DNA of 54,552 nt, filler included, from Bipalium vagum (lineage: Eukaryota): NCBI GenBank assembly GCA_037834085.1. It is 3 parts of 3 records of this genome, joined end to end, with 100 filler letters (N's around TTAATTAATTAA, not from the genome) between each part and the next. Parts side by side here need not be neighbours in the genome. Positions count along the whole stretch, not along the records: positions 1 to 17,402 come from JBBMKC010067378.1; positions 17,503 to 34,882 come from JBBMKC010069327.1; 1 more part is not named here. One strand, 5' to 3'. The position numbers and the translations under genes are program-made. The stretch's first letter is position 1, and every line of letters starts with the position of its first letter. The notes beneath the pieces are model-generated. The model did no database searches and was not told where the DNA came from. It saw only the letters and a list, made by a program, of their open reading frames with translations. Shown here piece by piece: positions 13,031-26,515 of the stretch.

Positions 13031-14150
13031 GAGAGAAAGTGAGAAAGCAAAGAGGACAAAAGAGAGAATGGGGCTGAGAGATGAAGAGATTGTAAACATC
13101 AAATGTGTGAAAAATATACTGATGTAAAAGTTTCTGCTTCTGTTTTTTTGCTTTGTTATTGAATATTATTGATTTTTTTTTCATTAAGAATTATTTGTTT
13201 ATATTAATTATTGATCATTAATAATAATAATTGATTATTTATATTCTAATTAATTATTATTTACTAATATTATTGTAATTGATTAAGTTTATTAACAAAA
13301 TTATTGGTTATTAATTTATAATTTATATTGATTATTTTATAATTAATGATCATTGATTATTATTATATTTATTATTATCATCATCATCAGTACTGTTATT
13401 GATAAGTGATTGTTTTCTTTCGATTTATTGACTATTTTTGTTAAACAATCACGGACCTCGGATCCTTTGACGTTTGTCTCTTTTGTCTATGACAATTAAT
13501 TTTCCTTTGACATTGCACGAGTTTTTGTTTTGATCTTTAAAAATTCGTTCTTTTTTAATTCAGAATTTTGTTTGACATCAGTTCTGTTTTTCCCTCATTT
13601 TTCGAGAACCATTGAAATTGAACAAAACGGGAAATGTACACGCGAAACATGTGAACTCTGTGAGTATGACTTGTAAACGATTTTTCGTTATTTCTTGTCA
13701 AAAATATCCTTTCTCTAGTTTCTCAAGGGGTCAGTTTTGTGGATAATTTACGTTTTGTTTTTCAATTTTTGTGGTCAATGTCATTTGAGAGCTTTCACTC
13801 GATGTTTTATAATTTCTGTAGCTTCTATTGTTTTGTGCGTGTGTGTCGATAAGTGAGTGCTCGCGCACATGTATGTATCTAATTTATAAGTATATTTTGC
13901 CAAGAAAGAATGTTATCGAGATGATAGATTTGATAAATAAAAAATATCGACATTTTGGTTTTCCATAATTGAGGAATTGACATTTCTGTCAATTTTATTT
14001 TAGTTTTCCCTTTTTAAAATTGTGCGAGTTCAAGGCAACTTTGATTGTGGTTTAAAATAAAATAATGACCAAATGGTTATCTTAACTTTTCTTCAGTATG
14101 ATAATTTTGGTGGATTTTAATTTGCTTCTATTTGATAATAAAATTTTATT

Positions 14151-14620
14151 TACAGGCTGTGTAAAAAGTAATCAAAATTTTAAAATATGATATTGTTAAA
14201 TATACTTAATGTAACAGTAAACTTTGGACATAATAAAATTCATTATTAAGAATTAATATCAACAGAAAATCCAATAATACTAATACAATGTTGTAATCGA
14301 AGATAAAAAGAACTCAGCATTTTTACATTTTTTGTTAGTTTTTAGCTGGTTCTTCGATTGCATCTGTCAGATCTTTTAGCTTTTTTTGTTTTCTTTTATA
14401 AACCTTTGTCTAAATATTCTCAAGAAAAAAACATTGAGGAAAGATCTGGTGATCTCGTAGAGTAATGGAATGGTCATGCTTCCAAATTCACTTTCGGTTA
14501 AATATGGTGTAAAAAAATTTATAACTTCAAACGAGTTCAATCATGTTGAAAAATTATTTTTGATCTTGTTCTCTGAAAATTATTTGCTGTTTAAAAATTT
14601 TATCAAATTTTGTATAGAAT
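14151..14620 (-). mobile_element. Tc1/mariner-superfamily (maT/rosa-like) 3' remnant
   Basis: Minus-strand YSTRSPDLS..FFL*EYL..KVYKRKQKKLKDLTDAIEE resembles the WPPRSPDLxPxDFFLWGYLK.KVY motif. TIR-like tacaggctgtgtaaaaagt at 14151. Confidence 0.5.
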
Positions 14621-16099
14621 TTGAAGCTGTTAATAAGTCTGAAAAAAATGTACATTTTTTATATTTAATGATTATATTAACTTTATAAAAAAAATTAAAT
14701 GGTTTCATAAAATTTCACAAATCCTATTTTTATATAAAATAAAATTTAAAAATTAAATGTTTTGTGATTTAAAATTTGATGCTATTTCTAGAGCTAGGAT
14801 TTTTTGGTGAATAAAGAAAGCAAAAAGATGGAATGTGATTTTGAATTTATTTTAATAACATTACCTTATTCAAACATTTGATTGATATTTGACCCTTTAC
14901 TGTTTTATTGATTTTTCAGACATTTTTTGTGATTTCTGTTATTAGTGTTATTGTAAATTGTTATAAGTGTAATTAAGTTTTATTGTGATTGTTTTGATTC
15001 ATTTTAGGGTGCGAAGTAATAGTGATCTGTGTAGCTGTGTAAGTAAAGCTAACAAAACATTAAAAGTGAGCAGTTATTGAAGTTCGAGCTAAAGTTAATT
15101 ATTTCTAATAAGAAAAATAGTAACATATTCTTGAAAGTGCTTATTTCAAGATTTTTTAATGCAAGAAACAAATTCATTTGAATAAACATATTCCTCGTTC
15201 ACGACCTCACAAACTCGATTTAATGCATGTGCAATACATTTTTCGTGCTTTAAATTAGAATTTTCAGGTTCGACATAGCTAATTACATGTAAGAAACTTG
15301 GTTGGTAAGTAATATCCACAAACGATCATATTCTACGCCTTCTGGCCACAATGAAACACATGCATTATTGAAACTTTGTATTATATTTCAATTTTCTATT
15401 TTGTTCAGCAAGTATGATTTCCAAAACATAAGTTTAATTTTCTGTCCCTTTAAGGGTACGACTAATATATTTAAAAACATACTTGCTCTGCCTATTAATA
15501 GTTTCATCATGGATAATATAAACTGGGTTGTCAGCCGCTTTGGTAAATGTTTATTTTAGTTGAAATGAAATATTTTTAATTTTTTTCGATATTTATGTCT
15601 TTTATTAATTTAAGATTAATGTAATAAAAAAAATTTTGTGCGGAAAATATTTTATAATATAAGAAAATTAATTTAAAAATTATAAATTTTATATATATAT
15701 GTATTTGTTTTATTAGGTTATTTAAAATATATATAATATTTTAAGTATATTAATTTTTTCTTTAATTTGTGAAATTTTTAAAATTTTTAGATTCTCCTGA
15801 GCCTCATGATCCTTATGATTCAATGGTTGCCACTCAATAAGAAAAATAAATCATTTATTGAAATAATCAAATTCTTTGGTGTTGAGAATTAAAATTACAA
15901 TATACATTTATCTAATTTTTTTAACACTTGATGCGAATTTTTTGTTTATCAAACTGGATTGACTGAAAATGAATTATTAACTTTTATTAATTTTGTAAAA
16001 ATATAAAATTTATGTGATAAAATTTAATTACAATCGTTTTTGATCAAAGAATTGATTGGGACTGGATATATTTGGCATTCATTACATTCTGATTCTTGT

Positions 16100-16270
16100 T
16101 GTCTATCGACCTTGAAGACGAAGCCTTTGAGAGTTTTTTCAAATAATTCTGACTCAAAGGCTGTTATCAGTTGAAAGTGGTGCTAATTATTCTTTTCTGG
16201 TGTGTAGCCAAAAGTTTATTTTCATTTGGCTCAAGCGTGGTATCAACTTTATAAAGGAGAAAAGGAACAA
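16100..16270 (+). mobile_element. Possible MULE (Mutator-like) transposase remnant
   Basis: KVYFHLAQAWYQ resembles the MULE C-x-F-H-L-x-Q-A-W motif; surrounding frame is broken. Confidence 0.3.
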
Positions 16271-17142
16271 TTCATTTCATCACCCGACAAATATTGTCTC
16301 ACAATCAACACCAGTTTTACAAACGCCTTTATCAAGAGTACCCCCTTCCTTCAATCCTATCAACACAACTTTAATATAACTACCAATGGACATTTTCAAC
16401 AAATTTGATACCTTCCATTCCTCAATTTCTTAACCCACATAATATTCCAAATCTTATAACCCAAGCGCTCAAATATCTGATGGAGGATTTCTCTCAAATG
16501 TGAATTGTATCCAACTTTGGTCATTTGTGGGTCAGATAAAAATAATATCTATTGAAATTTTTCTTACCTTTCATATTATAGAAATATATAAATAATATTA
16601 TGTCTCTAAGATCCCACCATAGTACCGGAATCATAAGATAATAAATTAATTTAATAATAATATTGTAGTCACTATCCCGATAATCCTGCCAATGACTGTT
16701 GGTGGAGCCAGTAACTTTAAGATAACTACTAGAGTAAAAAATGCGCTAGGTTTTATTTGCTGCATTACATGAAATTAAGTAGAAACAAAGATTGTTGTGA
16801 CTGGACACTTAAAGATAGTAATCGAGAACATAGAAAAAAGAAAATTAAATCAACAGGCGCTGCATAATCAATTTTTGATAAGGCTACTTTTTATCGGTCA
16901 ATACAATTTGAGAAACGTGGAAAATGGAAATCATAAAGAAATCAGTTGACGTCAAAAGATCGTGATATCAAGGTAAGGTATTTTGTCTGTCATAAATCGT
17001 TCGTTTCTTGAAAGAAACATATCTCAGGCATTTTTCGAGGTCGTCAGGTCCCGCTGTTTCACGTTGTCGCTGTTATTGGTTCTTTACAAAAATTAATCTT
17101 TCATACGTTATTCACATACTTGTCAACTTCCATTTCTGCCAA

Positions 17143-17318
17143 TTAGACATCCGTGTCGTTTTGAATATTTTCGTCATCACCGTCTCCGGAGGCCAGAGGA
17201 ATCGCCGGTTCTTTAGTTTCTTCGTAGACATTTTCAGTATATTTCTTTTTTTTTTGAGATCGCATCTTTTACTTTTCGATAACGATGCCAATAAATGAAT
17301 ACAGTGCACCCCATCGAT
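17143..17318 (-). CDS. Isolated terminal exon encoding a membrane-protein cytoplasmic tail (frameshift at an A10 run)
   Basis: Acceptor caacag at 17319-21. SMGCTVFIYWHRYRKVKDAISKK, then (removing one A from the 10-A run at 17246-17255) KKYTENVYEETKEPAIPLASGDGDDENIQNDTDV*. Locally higher GC; next to an assembly gap. Confidence 0.45.
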
Positions 17319-17402
17319 CTGTTGTCATAAAAGAAGATGAAATCAAAATCAATAATGTTCGATAAATTTATCATCGATTGAAATTGAATCCTGTTTAATT
17401 TT

Positions 17403-17502
17403 NNNNNNNNNNNNNNNNNNNNNNNNNNNNNNNNNNNNNNNNNNNNTTAATTAATTAANNNNNNNNNNNNNNNNNNNNNNNNNNNNNNNNNNNNNNNNNN
17501 NN
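17403..17502. other. Artificial scaffold joint (N44-TTAATTAATTAA-N44)
   Basis: Exactly 100 bp with a central 12-mer giving stops in all six frames; an identical structure occurs at 34883-34982. Confidence 0.95.
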
Positions 17503-18100
17503 TCAACCGTTGAGACCTAAGATACATTTACGCTCCGACCTTTAAAATCCTTTTTATCCATCAACTTAGGATCTTAACATGTTTATGAACAGTTTACTTT
17601 AGTCATAGTATCATTGAAAAAACAGGTTTTTAAGGAAAAGTCTTGAAATTTTAAATGGACTTCCCTATCTTCATTCAGTTGTGATCTTTTCGAATGGTTC
17701 TGAAATCGATTTCAAAATACCCAAGTTACACACGGACATCATAATATTAAAAGGCGAACAGAATAGTCTGAAGAACAGATTTTTGTATTTGGACTTCAAC
17801 CGGTTTGTAATATAATTTAAGTCTTAGAGGCTTTTAAAAATCAAAGGAATGCCACTATCAGTATTTTTGAACAGTCCTGTGACCAATGAAAATTGAATTC
17901 TTAATTGATGTAAAGATCTTATAGCATTTATAATTTTTACATCTCCACTTATCTTTTTCACTTTCAGTTCTAAAGGTTTGGCACAAAATTGACATTTTTA
18001 TGGAGTTGTTTAAAATATTTCGGTCAAACAAAAGTCTGATACACTGGCTTTCATCTAAAAAATTTTTCAATTCATATAAGGATGAAAATATCTAAATTGT
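17503..18100 (-). mobile_element. Merlin (IS1016/IS1595-like) transposase remnant
   Basis: ORF 17858-18070 DESQCIRLLFDRNIL...KWRCKNYKCYKIFTSIKNSIF matches the Merlin N-terminal Zn-ribbon pattern. Downstream PKLMDKKDFKGRSVNVS*V resembles the ESKFGKRKY.RGR.V.G.WV motif. Runs into the gap. Confidence 0.6.
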
Positions 18101-18805
18101 CTTACCTACATTCTATTTCATAAAATAATACCAAAATTAGTATATTATTTATGTATTTTACAATTAAATTTTAAAAATGTTAGTTACTTGATTTAAATAG
18201 TTATTTTAAAAAAATTTTCCAGGCATCTCAACTATAATAAATCTCAATTTGTTTTTTGTAATAAATAAATAAGGATATGATACAAACAATTCAAAAACTT
18301 TATTTAATTAATACAAAGATTTTGATATAATTATTTCATATTTTTTTATTTATATATACAAAGAGAAATTTCATTTTCATTTTGTCCAGTTTTTTGTTTG
18401 CTACAGTATATATAAAATAAGAACTTTAATAAGTATAATATAAAAATATCTTTATAAAATTAATATTTGATATCACAAAAAATGAAATAAGATATCAAAA
18501 TAAAACTTTTTTATTTTATTTTTAATTTAAATAATTCTTATTTCTTACATTTTCAATTAAACCATGCAAATATTAATACCATTTACAAATTCTTTAAATT
18601 CAAATATTGCCAATTAAAAATTATAGTTTTATAATTTAGAAATACCTCTCATAAATGGAAGGAAATTAAAAATTATTTGTAATTGATTAATGAAAATTTA
18701 TTCATATGTAAATGTTCGTGTTTTAAGTAATCAATTAATTATATAAATTAATAAATCTTTTTGATATTTTTTGACGTTAAATATTAATTTAAATTTATTA
18801 AGAAA

Positions 18806-21800
18806 ATGGATTTTAAAAAATTTGTTTCTGGTGCAAGTACTGCATTAAATAGAGCTGTACAAGTGAGATTATTTACTATAAGAACATGTCATATAGCATA
18901 TTTTAATTAGAAAACTGAAGAAACATTTTTACAAGCGGAAAAAACCGAATATGATCCATATTTTATTGATTTAGCTAGGAAATGTGATCAAACTCAAACA
19001 TGGACTGAAAATATTATAAAAGACATCGAGGTTTTTGCAGAACCAAATCCAGGTAATAATAATTTATTTTAATATTTGCATTTCTTCTATTATTAAATTA
19101 ATTATATTTTCAGTTTTTAAGTTCGGTTAGTATTTATCATTATTTGTGACCTTGCCGCGCTTTTTTATAAAACAATTATGCTATATTTTATTACTAATTA
19201 ATATTTTGAAATGCAGTGAATTTATAATTATGGAAAATCGAAAGTATTTATTTTTCAAAATGGAAAATAAGAAATTTTAATTTTAATTTGAAAATATTCT
19301 AGTAGAAATTTTAACATTTTTAATTTTAACCATTCGAAAAAAATTACACCAGTCTTCGATGATAATAATTTAGCATTTCACAATACATACAAGCTTGATA
19401 ACATTGATCAGATTTGTAATCTCTTATCTTTAAGATATGATTTTACAATGTATATATCAATGTATGATTCTAAGTACCAAAATAAAGGTTACCATTCCAA
19501 ATTTTAATTATAACAACTTATGTCTATGTATTATCGTGATTGAGGTTTCCTGATATGGATTATATTATTACTGGGGTAATATAAACATCTTATGAACAGT
19601 TAAAAGTAAACACTGAATTATTTTTATTTTTTCGAATGCATCTTTGGCTGCTTGCTATTGTGATGTTTTCCAAAATTGTTTTTTTACAATTATCGAATAA
19701 AGAATTTAATAGAATTATTATTTGAACATATAATTACATTGTAACAGTTTTTTTGAGGAATATTCCTGATTCATATTTCCTTGGTTTTGTCAATTTTAAT
19801 TTTTTTTGTTAAGATCTCACATTTGCAATTTTATTGTTATTTTTAGTCTTTAATAGGTTCAACCGAAAGAGAAAAAAAATTAAAATTGTACGAAGCGACT
19901 TTCTCAAGATTAATTTGGTAATTAATTTTAGAAGTTTTGACGAAATATTTTGTTTTGAAGAAATATTTTGTTTTGACATATCCATTATTTGAACTTATCT
20001 AGTGTTTGACATGGTGTATTTGGAAAATTCATTTTTCCTTTTGATATAATTGGTTAAGTGACTTCGAACTTGTTTATAGTTACACTTGAAATCATCGAAT
20101 TTAATAAATTTTCAAGGATCAATTACTGATATAGTAATTAAACTAAAAAGATTACCAAATTTTACATTTATTGGAATGATCGTTTCTGCTCATTCCATTT
20201 CGTGAATCTTTTTTAAAAGATCTAATACAGTAACAAAAATTGTTTTATTTCAATGTTTGGAATAAATTAACTAATGTTTTCTAGCCAATCGAGTGGAATA
20301 CTTAGTAAACGAAAAACTTGATAGGAAACAAACTGAGCGGATGAATGCGGCCGAAGAACTTGGAAATACATTGATGAAAGCTGGTGGAGAAATTGGCCTG
20401 GAATCTGCATATGGTAATTATTTTCAAATTCGTGATGCTGTCTAGGAAATAATAAAATAATTGGTTATCAATTTAGTATTGAGTTAAATCATTTTAATAG
20501 AAATAACTAATTTTAATTATTTTAATTCGTTATAAAAATAATTTATTAAATTATATTTAGTGTAAATCTGAGTGTCCAAAATCTATTGGTTGATCATTTT
20601 AAATTAAACATTGATCATTGAATTTTTATTTTGAATTAATATTAATTTGTACAAAATTTAAAATTTTGATTGTAACAGAAATTTCCTACTTTGATTTTCA
20701 TATTTGGCTTAGTGAGAGAAAAAAGTATGATAAAATTAGGAAATCTACTCTGTAATTGTATAATTTTATGAATTAAAATTAAACCAAAATCTTAAAATTT
20801 TGACTGAATTAGTATTTATATCTCTTAGGATGGAATATGTCAGATCGAGGTTCAATAGAGTAACATTAAGACTTGAATTAAATTGCAAGAAATAAATTTC
20901 ATATTTTTTGATGTAATGATTTTTCTAATTAAGAGTAAGAATAATTTTTTAAACCTATTCTATTCTATGAAGACTTAACACTTGTTTTTTGTTCTACTTT
21001 ATCTAAGTCTCAATGAGGAGATTAAGTAAATTCAAAATACGTTTATGGTATTTTTCTTTAATGAAATGTGTTCTTCAAGGGAAACTTTATAAAAATTTAT
21101 ATTATAAATCATTATCTAAAGACTGAGGAGATCTTATATAAAAAGATGTTTTATATTTACTTTTTAATGACTTAATGTAAATATTATTTTAAATCTAGAA
21201 AAATGCAGAACTATAAATTTGTGGGCAGTTATGGAAAATACACCTTGCACAACTATTAACAAATAAAATATGGAAAATTTTGTTCTAATTACAAAAGAGA
21301 TCATGACTTATTTTTAGTCATTTCAAAATTATTGTAAAATTAAAAATGCTAGACTTTTTAAATAAATATAAAATTATAACAGTTTTTGGAGATTTATCTT
21401 TTCTCCTATTTATTTTCATCGTATATTTATTAATATAATTGTATTGATAGGATAGCACACATGAATATAATTTATTTATTCTGTTGGTGTTTGGAATTGC
21501 AAAATTTATTATCAATAATTCCATAAAATTATGTTAAATGATTATTTGTACATGAACCGACCGAAGTCACATTTTCTAAAAAAATTTTTGATTAATTTCT
21601 GTATTTTTTAAATTAAGTATTCAGGCAAATAAATTCTTATAAATTTCTTAAATTTAAGGAAAGGAATTTTAGAATCGCTTATTCATTTTCAAATAAATAA
21701 TTTAAAGTGTTACAGATTTATTTTTAAAATGTTAAGTATCATAAATATTAAATAAATTAGATTTTTACTAAATCTAATTTATTTTTATATCTTTATTTGA

Positions 21801-24800
21801 TCTTTAATATATTACTATAAAAATTTTTAACAAGTAATCTTATATTTGTAGAAATATTTATTATTAATTTTTCTAATAACATTAACTATAATATTGGGTT
21901 ATCAAGCACGGATTTTGTAGTTAATATTATTGCCAAATTTGATAACTAATTATTTTGACATTGGGTTAATATTTTAACATTCAATTTTTTAAGTCGGTAA
22001 ATTATAATATTTTTATGCTTCAATAATTTTGAACTTTGACAGTTTAATTTTTAATTTAAATATTTTGTAAAATTCTGAATGGTGGAAATTATTGGTTCGA
22101 TTATTGATTGACAATGACGAGTATATATATATTTCGATTATTATTATCAGAAATATTATTATTTCGATTATACATTCGATTATTTCCACTGATTATTGAT
22201 TCGAACTAAATAATAATTTCCACCATTCAGAATTTTACAAAATTAAATTAAAATTTAAACCGTCATTTAGATAATTAAAGTGTGTTGTTTTAAATATGAT
22301 TGACTGTTGATAAACTGATAATAGGTCGAAATATATTTCATGATAATAAGTGTTTGTTCAAAATTATTGAAATGCGTCTATTTAAAAAAAATTTATATTT
22401 TTTGATATATATATATATATATATATATAAACATAAAAGCAGACGATATCAAATTGATTCATCATATTTTGCACAGATAATTTTGACATCATAAAAAAGT
22501 CAAGTATTCTCTTAGAATTTGGCTATTGAAAATAGTGCGATTTGCCGACTGATGTATTCTAGGACATTATGTAATTGTTAAGACCGATATATGGTGGAAT
22601 AGTCGTATCCATGGCTAAAAACCAAGTTTACGATAATATATGAGTTTCAAAATTTTCGATAACCAATAAACGGTTTGGCTCTTTCTAGATGACCGTGTAC
22701 ATCAACTGCGGATGAAAACGGATATTGGGCAAAGAACATGGATTACGTGAATCGAAATTTAAGTGCTCGAGACCTTACCATATACTACGTATTTGTAAAA
22801 TGATTTCTTAAAATATTTCTGAGGATTAAACCAGAATAATTAAAAAATTTTTTTTATTACGACTTTGTACAATTATTCTTTGTAAAATATGCGAGTTGAC
22901 ACAATCTTAAAAAGTTATTTGAATTTGGATTTTTTACAAATTTCAAAATTTTTATTAATTCAAATGTTTTAATAATGAAAAATAGATTTAGGTATATGTG
23001 AAATGAATCAATATTGTTTCATATTAGTTAATTTTGTGTGAAATTTATAACATCGAATTTTGATATAAGGTTGTATTATTTTAGAACTTTACATATGCAA
23101 ATTTGTTGACGTAATTAAATACATTAATGATTACACGCAAATAAGTTTTATCTAAATTGTATAGCACAAAAATATGACATTTTTTAATATTGGAAAAATT
23201 ATAATTATATTATTTTGTTTATAATACATAAAAAGAAATATATATAATAAATGTCTATATTTTACGTGTATTGAACTCGAAATAAATAACTATAAAAATG
23301 TTAAATTTATTGTCTAATAACACTTTTAATGATTTCAATTAATAATTTGTTTTATTATAATTTTGAAATATCAGAATATTACTAAATCATAAAAATAAAT
23401 GCTTGACTTACAAATGGAATTAGACTAAATTTTCCATTAACAAGATTTCAATACCTTCATATTTACTTATTCTAACCTATAGAATCATAAGTGACACCGA
23501 AAATCGATACATATTTCTAAATTCAACTTTACATGTTTAATATTTAAAAATTCAATAAATCTGTTTGTGTAAAATCAATTAGTATTAGTACGTTGGAAAA
23601 TGATTTCTTACTGATCACATTTGTATACTAGGCAAAGCTTTAATGAAAGCCGGTCAATCTGAAATTTATATTGGAAGGGCAAAAAAACAACTCGGACAGA
23701 AAATAATTACAAGCTATGTTGCCACGCTTAAATCGTTTCTGAACACTGATTTAAAGACCGTAAATGTGAGAATTGTTGTTTCTTTGTTTTCTTTTTTCTT
23801 TGTTTTTAAAAAATATAATTTTTTCTCAATATAATTTTACTTAAAAATAATTTTCATAGTTTTAAAATATATTTCTAACATTTAATATTGATTTTAAAAA
23901 GTTCATTTTTTAATTATTAATGAAACTAATGTTACTATTTATCTTACGGTTTATTTACATATATTAGTCACCTAAAACTGTTTTCATTCTTTTTTCTTTT
24001 TTAGACTGAAAGAAAAACTTTGGAAAATCTTCGATTAGATCTGGATCTTGCTAAAAATAAAGTCAAAAAAGCTAAAAGTGATCAATCAATCCAAATCGTT
24101 GGAATATATTCTTTTCATTAATTGTTCATGTTTTTTTCAATAGGCCGAATCTGAATTAAAGAAAGCTCAAGGTGATTTCGATGATCAATTAGTAATTGCA
24201 AAATTACATCTTGAGGGGATTAAATCTATTCATGTTAGTTCAAAAATCACCTAATGATAATTATTTAAAAATATCAATTTAAAATTTTGTAATTTATGCA
24301 ATAATTTTTCATTTCTTTAGAACAAAAGTATTGAGAAAATAACACAGTTATTTTTATTAATGTAATTAAATACAATTTCTTTTTCTGCCTTTCCTGAAAC
24401 CATTAATGAAAGAAGCTCACTGACATCAGTATTATTGTATTTCAAATATTCACTACAAATTAATTATCCAATTTTCCTTGATTATTTTTGCAAACTTTCT
24501 TTAAGCCGATTTTTTATATTTTTATCGACTGGAGATTGATTATGAATTAATTATTCAATTAGCTTTCTGAATTTGAGAAATACTTTAGATATTTTTCAAA
24601 AATAAGAGCATTCAGAAAAAAAATCTCTAAAATAAAAAAAAGTTTAAAAATAATTAATTCAATAAAGATAAGTAATTCAATGATAATGTCATTGTCCAAT
24701 ACTGTTATACATATTAAAATGAAACATAAAAGAAGAAAAATATTTTACTGGAAAAGTAATAACTATTCTTTATCTTGTATCAGGTCGAAAGAAAAGTATA

Positions 24801-26480
24801 GAATCTTTTTCGTACTTATAAACACAAAAATTAAACATTCCATATATGGTTTTAATTCAATAACACGTCCTTTGTTTTATTATAATTCCTCTCATTTTAA
24901 TTTGCAATACAAGTGCAATTTTTTTTGTAAAATGTTATGATTTTCAAGATAAAAATGGATTTTTTGGTACAAATTTTTAGGAAAAAATTCCTTCCTGTTT
25001 AATATGTGAAGTGCTTATTTTACTTCAGTTTAGTTTTGAAAAAGTATTGTACAAAATTATAACTTCCGAATTGATTGTTTTTCGATTTATTTAGGCAGTG
25101 ATGGAAGTGATCGTAACAGTGTTGCAATTAATTAACTCATTTTTGTATCTGATAAAGTTAGTAAAAATAAAACTGTAACCTTTACAAAAACGTAAAGGTT
25201 ATAGTTAAATTTTTAAAAATTTGTTAAAAAGTTTTAACATTCAATTATTATTAATATAAATCAATATTTTCACAATTTTCTGATTTTTTCAGATATCGCA
25301 AAATATTTCGATAATCGTGTTAGAAATTTCAATAATTTGCTTTACGTGCATAGTTGAATCAAGATTCAATATTCTCAAGAGTTTCGTAATTTCTATTTCC
25401 GCATTTTGTAGGCAATTATCGCGATTATTATTGAAATTATTGATATCAAAACGATAATAGAAATGATTCAATTGGAATAGTTTGCTCCAAATGATGAAAC
25501 TCTGAATAATTGAATCTTGACTTAGTTGTAAATGTAAAGCTAGATTATAGAAAGTTACTAGACAATTATTGCAATATGTTTCCTAATCTGAACAAATCAG
25601 TAAATCGGTAAATTATTGATAATAATTTAATGTAATAAATTTTGGAATTTCTCTGTCAACCAAAATTTATTTTACAAACAATAAAAGTATCACTTTTACC
25701 ATTATCACTATTCATAACTTGCCAACTTCTAAGTTAATCAGTTTTTATCACCTGAAAATTCATTCTCATAAATTTTTTTTCATGAATTCTTCAGCATTAA
25801 AGTTTTTCTATAATCTGGAAATTTTTCTCCTCGATATTCTTTTTTAAAATCATACATAACTTAATAAAAAACCCTCTTAGAAATAAAATATAATCATCTT
25901 AGACCAAGAATTCCTTATAATAATTATCACTTTCTAAGTTGCAAAATAAATGAATTAGAATTAAAAAAATGTTCAACATAATTTATGATAATGATTCCTG
26001 GACAACCTGAGAAAAATATTGTATCGTGTTTAGTTTAAATATGGATTTTAAGGTTTATACGGTTTATAAGAAATTTTCTTTAATACGTAATTATTTTGAA
26101 TCTATAAAAAGTAATTATATAAAAACTAATTTTTATAATTACTTGTTAATTCCATCATTATTTATCATCATTTTTTCATTTCAACATAAAATTCGATTAT
26201 CACTGAATTTTATTTCACAATTCTTTTTGTTACACAAACTCAAAATTTATTAAACTCGTTTGACTGTGTTTTTAACAAATAAGAAATTATTTAATTCAAA
26301 ATCAAATTAATTATTCATCATTTTCAGAATCAACATTTCGAAGCATTTAAGAATATTCTTAAAGAACAAAAAGAATATTATGCAGAGTGTCTTAAAATTA
26401 TGCAGGACCTGACTAACGACTTAAGTAAGCAAAATTAAAAAGAAATAACAAGACTGACTTCAATATTTTCAGATTTGTAA
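18806..26480 (+). CDS. SH3GLB1: Endophilin B (SH3GLB1/Bif-1-like), N-BAR domain only, 249 aa, 8 coding exons
   Basis: Exons 18806-18862, 18911-19052, 20285-20413, 23632-23765, 24005-24097, 24144-24233, 26328-26424, 26473-26480 (750 nt, all GT-AG, in frame). MDFKKF..ALNRAVQKTEE..QAEKTEYD, WTENI, EPNP, EKLDRK, SAYGKALMKAG, ERKTLENLRLDLDLAKNKVKKAK, LEGI, YYAEC are collinear with endophilin B1. Not visible as a whole in the ORF track. Confidence 0.95.
22037..22265. repeat. Fold-back/MITE-like inverted repeat in endophilin intron 3
   Basis: attttgtaaaattctgaatggtggaaattatt (22062-22093) is the perfect reverse complement of 22212-22243; arms extend imperfectly to ~55 bp. The spacer has repeated ttcgatta motifs. 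Confidence 0.85.
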
Positions 26481-26509
26481 CGAACACGAACCTCCTATTC
26501 ATTTTTATC

Positions 26510-26515
26510 AATAAA
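26510..26515 (+). terminator. Candidate polyadenylation signal of endophilin B
   Basis: AATAAA about 30 nt after the TAA at 26480. Weak evidence because the background is AT-rich. Confidence 0.3.

Noticed and set aside
12884-13102. 72-aa hydrophobic minus-strand ORF
   Set aside because: Antisense shadow of Ral exon 4 and its purine-rich 3' UTR.
15791-15840. Acceptor plus DSPEPHDPYDSMVATQ* followed by AATAAA
   Set aside because: Two frames are open and no compatible upstream exon was found; no support for it being an alternative Ral end.
17447-17458. Palindromic TTAATTAATTAA as a regulatory or homeodomain site
   Set aside because: Centred in a 100-bp N block and repeated identically at 34927: an assembly linker.
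19350-21130. Faint pogo/Tigger-like and rosa-like transposase traces in endophilin introns 2-3
   Set aside because: Motifs are too degraded to call or delimit by eye.
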